A DNA stretch of 39,665 nucleotides from a virus, in IMG/VR virus record IMGVR_UViG_3300033148_003693, positions 1 through 39,665 of that record; one strand, given 5' to 3'. Both the position numbers and the translations under genes were made by a program. Shown in pieces: positions 36,279 through 39,665 of the stretch; the first letter of the stretch is position 1; each line of letters opens with the position of its first letter. The notes under the pieces were generated by a model, which saw only the letters and a program-made list of their open reading frames with translations, was not told the DNA's origin and did not search any database.

Positions 36279-36736
36279 TACTTCTTCACCGCACGTTTAC
36301 GCATACCTAGTGAATAGTAAGTATATGGTTCTACCATTGGTAACTTAAATTCAATATCACCAGTTTCTTCTATCATCTTTTCTACTTCTTTATCATGCCA
36401 TGATGAAAAGCTTCTAGCGTTGATAGTAAGCATTGTTTGTAAAACTGTGTCACTGTAGTTACTTTTTATATACTCGAATAGCGCAGCTTTTTCAGCTTCA
36501 CCCTTGGGTACAGTACAAGAAGTTTTTAGAGTTAATGAAACTGTACATAGATCACCTTGAACTTTATCTACCCCTGAATCTTCCAAAAGTTTAGCTAATT
36601 CACCTTTAGCTTCTTTATGCTTCTTTTCAGCTTCATCAGCTAATAGCTTCAGACTGTAAAGATTATCTACTTTTTCTTTAATTTGTTTTAGGACTTCAGC
36701 GGTTGTAGGTGCTTCACTTAAACTTTGATCAAACAT
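36278..36736 (-). CDS. Coiled-coil protein (152 aa), possibly a Gp157/Gam-like recombination-module protein
   Basis: ORF track. N-terminal coiled coil then a beta-rich segment. AAGGGGA SD. The family assignment is only a loose resemblance. Confidence 0.25.
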   Translation of the reverse strand: MFDQSLSEAPTTAEVLKQIKEKVDNLYSLKLLADEAEKKHKEAKGELAKLLEDSGVDKVQGDLCTVSLTLKTSCTVPKGEAEKAALFEYIKSNYSDTVLQTMLTINARSFSSWHDKEVEKMIEETGDIEFKLPMVEPYTYYSLGMRKRAVKK

Positions 36737-36805
36737 TAGTCATTCCCCTTATTGATATTGTCTAGAATATGTACAATATAGAACAGTTTACATAAATGCA
36801 AGTTT

Positions 36806-36837
36806 TTTTCTAGTTATTTTTCTAGGTGTGGTATAAT
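36806..36837 (+). promoter_or_regulatory. Extended -10 promoter (TGgTATAAT at 36829-36837) preceded by two TTTTCTAG direct repeats
   Basis: Perfect TATAAT at 36832-36837 with TG at 36829-36830. TTTTCTAG at 36806-36813 and 36818-36825. Weak -35. Confidence 0.45.
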
Positions 36838-36864
36838 TACTGAAACCAAAATAAGGGGTAAATT

Positions 36865-36936
36865 ATGACTGTCAATTATGAAGATATTGTAGGTAGTGTA
36901 GCTCCTATACCGTATCTAATTATTGTTTTTAAATAA
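36865..36936 (+). CDS. 23-aa leader-type peptide (MTVNYEDIVGSVAPIPYLIIVFK)
   Basis: Hand translation. AAGGGG SD 6 nt upstream. Its stop overlaps the AAGGAG SD of the next gene. Confidence 0.35.
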   Translation: MTVNYEDIVGSVAPIPYLIIVFK

Positions 36937-36942
36937 GGAGTA

Positions 36943-37182
36943 ATGGTGAATAAATTAAAAGAATATAGAGAAATAAAACGCCCCTACTATAAAGTTAGTT
37001 GGGTTGGTATAGTGGAGGGTTACGAAATAACTAAGACCGATGATATACCGAATGAATACGATATATTCAAACTATACAGTGACGCTAAGTCATTCGCAAT
37101 ACAACAATCTAGTGATGATGTACAGGGTGCTAAAAGAGGTTTAGAGGCTACCCGATCAATAAGAAAAAGTGACATACTTTAA
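36943..37182 (+). CDS. Hypothetical protein (79 aa), lone + strand gene inside the leftward arm
   Basis: ORF track. Strong AAGGAG SD. Its own promoter lies upstream. Confidence 0.65.
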   Translation: MVNKLKEYREIKRPYYKVSWVGIVEGYEITKTDDIPNEYDIFKLYSDAKSFAIQQSSDDVQGAKRGLEATRSIRKSDIL

Positions 37183-37418
37183 ACATCATCTAAATCTATT
37201 TTAGGCATAGCTTCCCATAGTTTTTCAATTTCTTCATCAGTCCTACCCATAACTTTACTTAAGTTTGTAAACTGTTCTTTATTAAAATAGGCTTCCCCAC
37301 AGGGTGTAATAGAAGCAATATCATTATGTTTTGGTGGGGGAACTATTCCCCCTTCTTTAAATGACTTCTTTTTAAAAGCAAGGGTTGTAGCATAAATAAG
37401 TATATCAGGTACTTTCAT
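37179..37418 (-). CDS. Hypothetical protein (79 aa)
   Basis: ORF track. Its 3' end overlaps the convergent + strand gene by 4 nt. Confidence 0.65.
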   Translation of the reverse strand: MKVPDILIYATTLAFKKKSFKEGGIVPPPKHNDIASITPCGEAYFNKEQFTNLSKVMGRTDEEIEKLWEAMPKIDLDDV

Positions 37419-37420
37419 AA

Positions 37421-39031
37421 TTAAACCATTCCCAGTAATTCACTTCTACCAAGTTCTTTACTCTTCACTTCTAAAATATCTTCAGCGTGGTCACGTTTAG
37501 CTGCTAGTGCTTCTACAATACGACTGTCAATAGTATCAGGAGTAATAAGATCAATTCTAGTAGTGCTACGTTTCTGACCACCACGATAAGCCCGTGCATC
37601 AGCTTGAAGATCATGTTCAAGAACAAAAGAACGGCTGTAATAAATTTCATAATTAGCTGCTGTAAGATTAACACCAGTACCCCCCGCCCCTTGATTAGCT
37701 ATTATACATTGTACCTTTGGGTCATTATTAAAGGCATCTACATTATCTTGTTTTTCTTGTCTACTTTGCTGACCCGTTAGCATTACAAAATTTATGCCCA
37801 GCTTAGTACATAGGTCTTGTAACTGCTGATACGTAGGAGTGAATATAGACCATATTATAATTTTGTTGGTCTTGTTTGTAGATAATTCTGTTAGTAGTTC
37901 TTCAAGTATTTTAATCCTATTGGTATCAATAAGCTTAATATTATCACCTGTAAATATCCCACAAATAAGCTGCTGAAGCCTTAAGGTTTTAACTATAGCT
38001 AAATCAGCTTTCATCATTTCAGGTAGGTCATCTAAGTCAGGTAGTTCTACTGTAGGTACTTCTACCATAGTATTTGTACTTGGTTGAAACTTCTTAGTAG
38101 TACCTACTTTAACTTCAATATCATCAATAAACGCTACTAAATCATCACGCATAGATTCATATATTCTACGCTGATCTTTAGTAAAGGGTACTTCTAATGT
38201 TTGGTAGGTTCTTGGTGGTAAGTCTAAAACTTCATCCTTCATAACCCTATCAGCGTGTCTATAAATTAGTTCGTTTAGGCCTTCCATAGATTCGGTCTTA
38301 CGGTGACCATAGATTTTAAAGTAATTTTTATCTTTAGGTACAAAGTTAGGGAAGTGAATATGTGAAGGCATATTAGCGTTCTTGTCATAGAAGTACTGAC
38401 TTCTAAAACTAAAGTAATTAGCGCCTAGTATCTTAGGGTCTAGAATATAGAACTGGGACCATAGGTCTAGTGCTGACTGTAATATGGGTGACCCTGTAAG
38501 TATGAATTTGTACCTACATTGGGGCTGCTGTGATAGTTTATGTAGTGCCTTAGTTCTCTTACCGTTATTAGCTTTGAAGCGGTGACTTTCATCTACTACT
38601 AACATTTCAATACCAAGCTTTAAAACTTCATCCCATACATCTACGTTAGATACATTGTCAGTATTGATAATAAATATTTCAGCTGTAGGGTTGTTTATTT
38701 GTTCTAGTCTTAGCTTCTTTTGTGGGTTCTTCAGCTTCCTACCATTAGGTTTTGTACACCCGTCAACTATTTGTATCTTTTCTTCAGGTATATAGGTGTG
38801 GGTAAGTAGCTCCCTTTTCCAATTTTCTAACACAACTAAAGGGCATATAATAAGCATCTTCACCCAGCGTCCATTGTCTTCACACTTTATTCTGTATATT
38901 TCTGAAGCGGTCTTAGTCTTCCCAGTTCCCATATCATGAAACAAAGCATAGACATTTATATTTTCAGAATCTATTAAGTCTTCTACCTTCTTCTGATGGT
39001 CCCATGATTCAAATGTTTTATAAGTTGTCAT
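37421..39031 (-). CDS. SNF2/Rad54-family helicase (superfamily 2 ATPase)
   Basis: Motif I MGTGKTKTA, motif II VVDESHRFK, motif III LTGSPILQSALDLW, motif V GGTGVNLTAAN, motif VI QADARAYRGGQKR. Confidence 0.9.
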   Translation of the reverse strand: MTTYKTFESWDHQKKVEDLIDSENINVYALFHDMGTGKTKTASEIYRIKCEDNGRWVKMLIICPLVVLENWKRELLTHTYIPEEKIQIVDGCTKPNGRKLKNPQKKLRLEQINNPTAEIFIINTDNVSNVDVWDEVLKLGIEMLVVDESHRFKANNGKRTKALHKLSQQPQCRYKFILTGSPILQSALDLWSQFYILDPKILGANYFSFRSQYFYDKNANMPSHIHFPNFVPKDKNYFKIYGHRKTESMEGLNELIYRHADRVMKDEVLDLPPRTYQTLEVPFTKDQRRIYESMRDDLVAFIDDIEVKVGTTKKFQPSTNTMVEVPTVELPDLDDLPEMMKADLAIVKTLRLQQLICGIFTGDNIKLIDTNRIKILEELLTELSTNKTNKIIIWSIFTPTYQQLQDLCTKLGINFVMLTGQQSRQEKQDNVDAFNNDPKVQCIIANQGAGGTGVNLTAANYEIYYSRSFVLEHDLQADARAYRGGQKRSTTRIDLITPDTIDSRIVEALAAKRDHAEDILEVKSKELGRSELLGMV

Positions 39032-39387
39032 TTAAGTATCTCTTTGTTGGCTTTTTCGTTGATTTCTTTTAAGCATTGGCGCGCCCATTTCCCACCAATC
39101 CATTTGTCGTTTATCTTTTCTTGATCACTAGGGTGCGCTCTATTCCAGTTTTTATAGGGGCTGTTGTGGGCTGAATACTGCCAATCTGACACCTTAGCAT
39201 ATTTCTCCACACACTCCCTCAACTTCTCATTTTCAGCTTCAACTTGCTTTAGTTTGGTTTGGTTTAATTCTGCACCAGACTCATAAGCGTCAACTATTGC
39301 ATTCTCTAAAACGAACGTACTAACTGATGATATCCCTGCGCTGTTAAATTTATTAATTATTTTCATTGTGTAGTTTTCTACATCCAT
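39028..39387 (-). CDS. Hypothetical coiled-coil protein (119 aa), C-terminal ARQCLKE motif
   Basis: ORF track. ATGA overlap with the SNF2 gene. Confidence 0.65.
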   Translation of the reverse strand: MDVENYTMKIINKFNSAGISSVSTFVLENAIVDAYESGAELNQTKLKQVEAENEKLRECVEKYAKVSDWQYSAHNSPYKNWNRAHPSDQEKINDKWIGGKWARQCLKEINEKANKEILK

Positions 39388-39389
39388 AA

Positions 39390-39665
39390 CTATTCCCCCA
39401 GCTCTTTAAGGCATTGCCTAGCTCGCTTATTATAATTAGTACTTGTGCCAGATTGCTCAATTACAAATTTTAAACACTCAATCAACTTTTTTCCCCTCGC
39501 CTCAAGCTCGCCGATGCGTTTTTGTGACCTATCAAATAAGTCAACCCTTACGTATTGTGGTTCATTTTCCCATGAGAAAGTGTCCCACGGGTTCACCATC
39601 ACATACATAGGCGCAGCGAACGTGTTATTTGGTAGCCTTGTATGATTATTAAATAAATCACTAGC
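39390..39665 (-). CDS. Hypothetical protein with C-terminal ARQCLKE motif; the ORF is open to the window edge
   Basis: The track gives ATG 39608. The frame stays open through 39665 and, after closure, back to the ATG at position 163, which has an SD. Confidence 0.6.
   Translation of the reverse strand, partial: ASDLFNNHTRLPNNTFAAPMYVMVNPWDTFSWENEPQYVRVDLFDRSQKRIGELEARGKKLIECLKFVIEQSGTSTNYNKRARQCLKELGE
39578..39665. repeat. Terminal direct repeat, copy 2 (identical to 1..88)
   Basis: Same 88-bp string as 1..88, implying a unit genome length of 39,577 bp. Confidence 0.95.

Overview
The window is a complete, gene-dense, AT-rich tailed dsDNA phage genome. The first 88 bp (1..88) recur exactly at 39578..39665, giving a unit length of 39,577 bp. 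An ORF reads through this junction, so the repeat is more likely circular or terminally redundant closure than a physical end.

Two divergent arms start from a control region at 2121..2329.
- Rightward arm (2330..30050, + strand): a DUF4258-like small protein, a primase-polymerase/D5-type helicase, terS, terL, portal, scaffold and major capsid protein. These are followed by a virion block containing a LamG-domain protein and a permuted-papain peptidase. Then come the major tail protein, a G/GT tail chaperone pair with an A_AAA_AAG -1 frameshift site, a TP901-type tape measure and tail tip/fibre genes. The arm ends with small membrane proteins, an overlapping lipoprotein and a metallophosphoesterase.
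- Leftward arm (- strand, 2120 down to 1, wrapping to 39665 and on down to 30025): small early ORFs, an SNF2 helicase, recombination-module-like small proteins, a family A DNA polymerase, an Amidase_3-like hydrolase and a VRR-NUC-like nuclease.

No integrase, repressor module, tRNA, CRISPR array or reverse transcriptase was seen. AAGGA(A)G Shine-Dalgarno sites and a lipobox lipoprotein suggest a Gram-negative, SD-using host; this is inference.

The most unusual element is at 35065..35340: 46 perfect GCCGTN hexamers, about 69% GC in an AT-rich genome. They lie inside an ATG-initiated ORF encoding (Gly-Asn/Tyr/Asp)46. This ORF and its upstream partner gene are bracketed by 23-bp perfect direct repeats.

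Several small genes below the 60-aa cutoff of the ORF track were translated by hand: an RHH regulator, a 58-aa lysine-rich protein, small membrane peptides and a leader peptide. All functional calls rest on motif recognition from memory and on gene order. No database search was possible.
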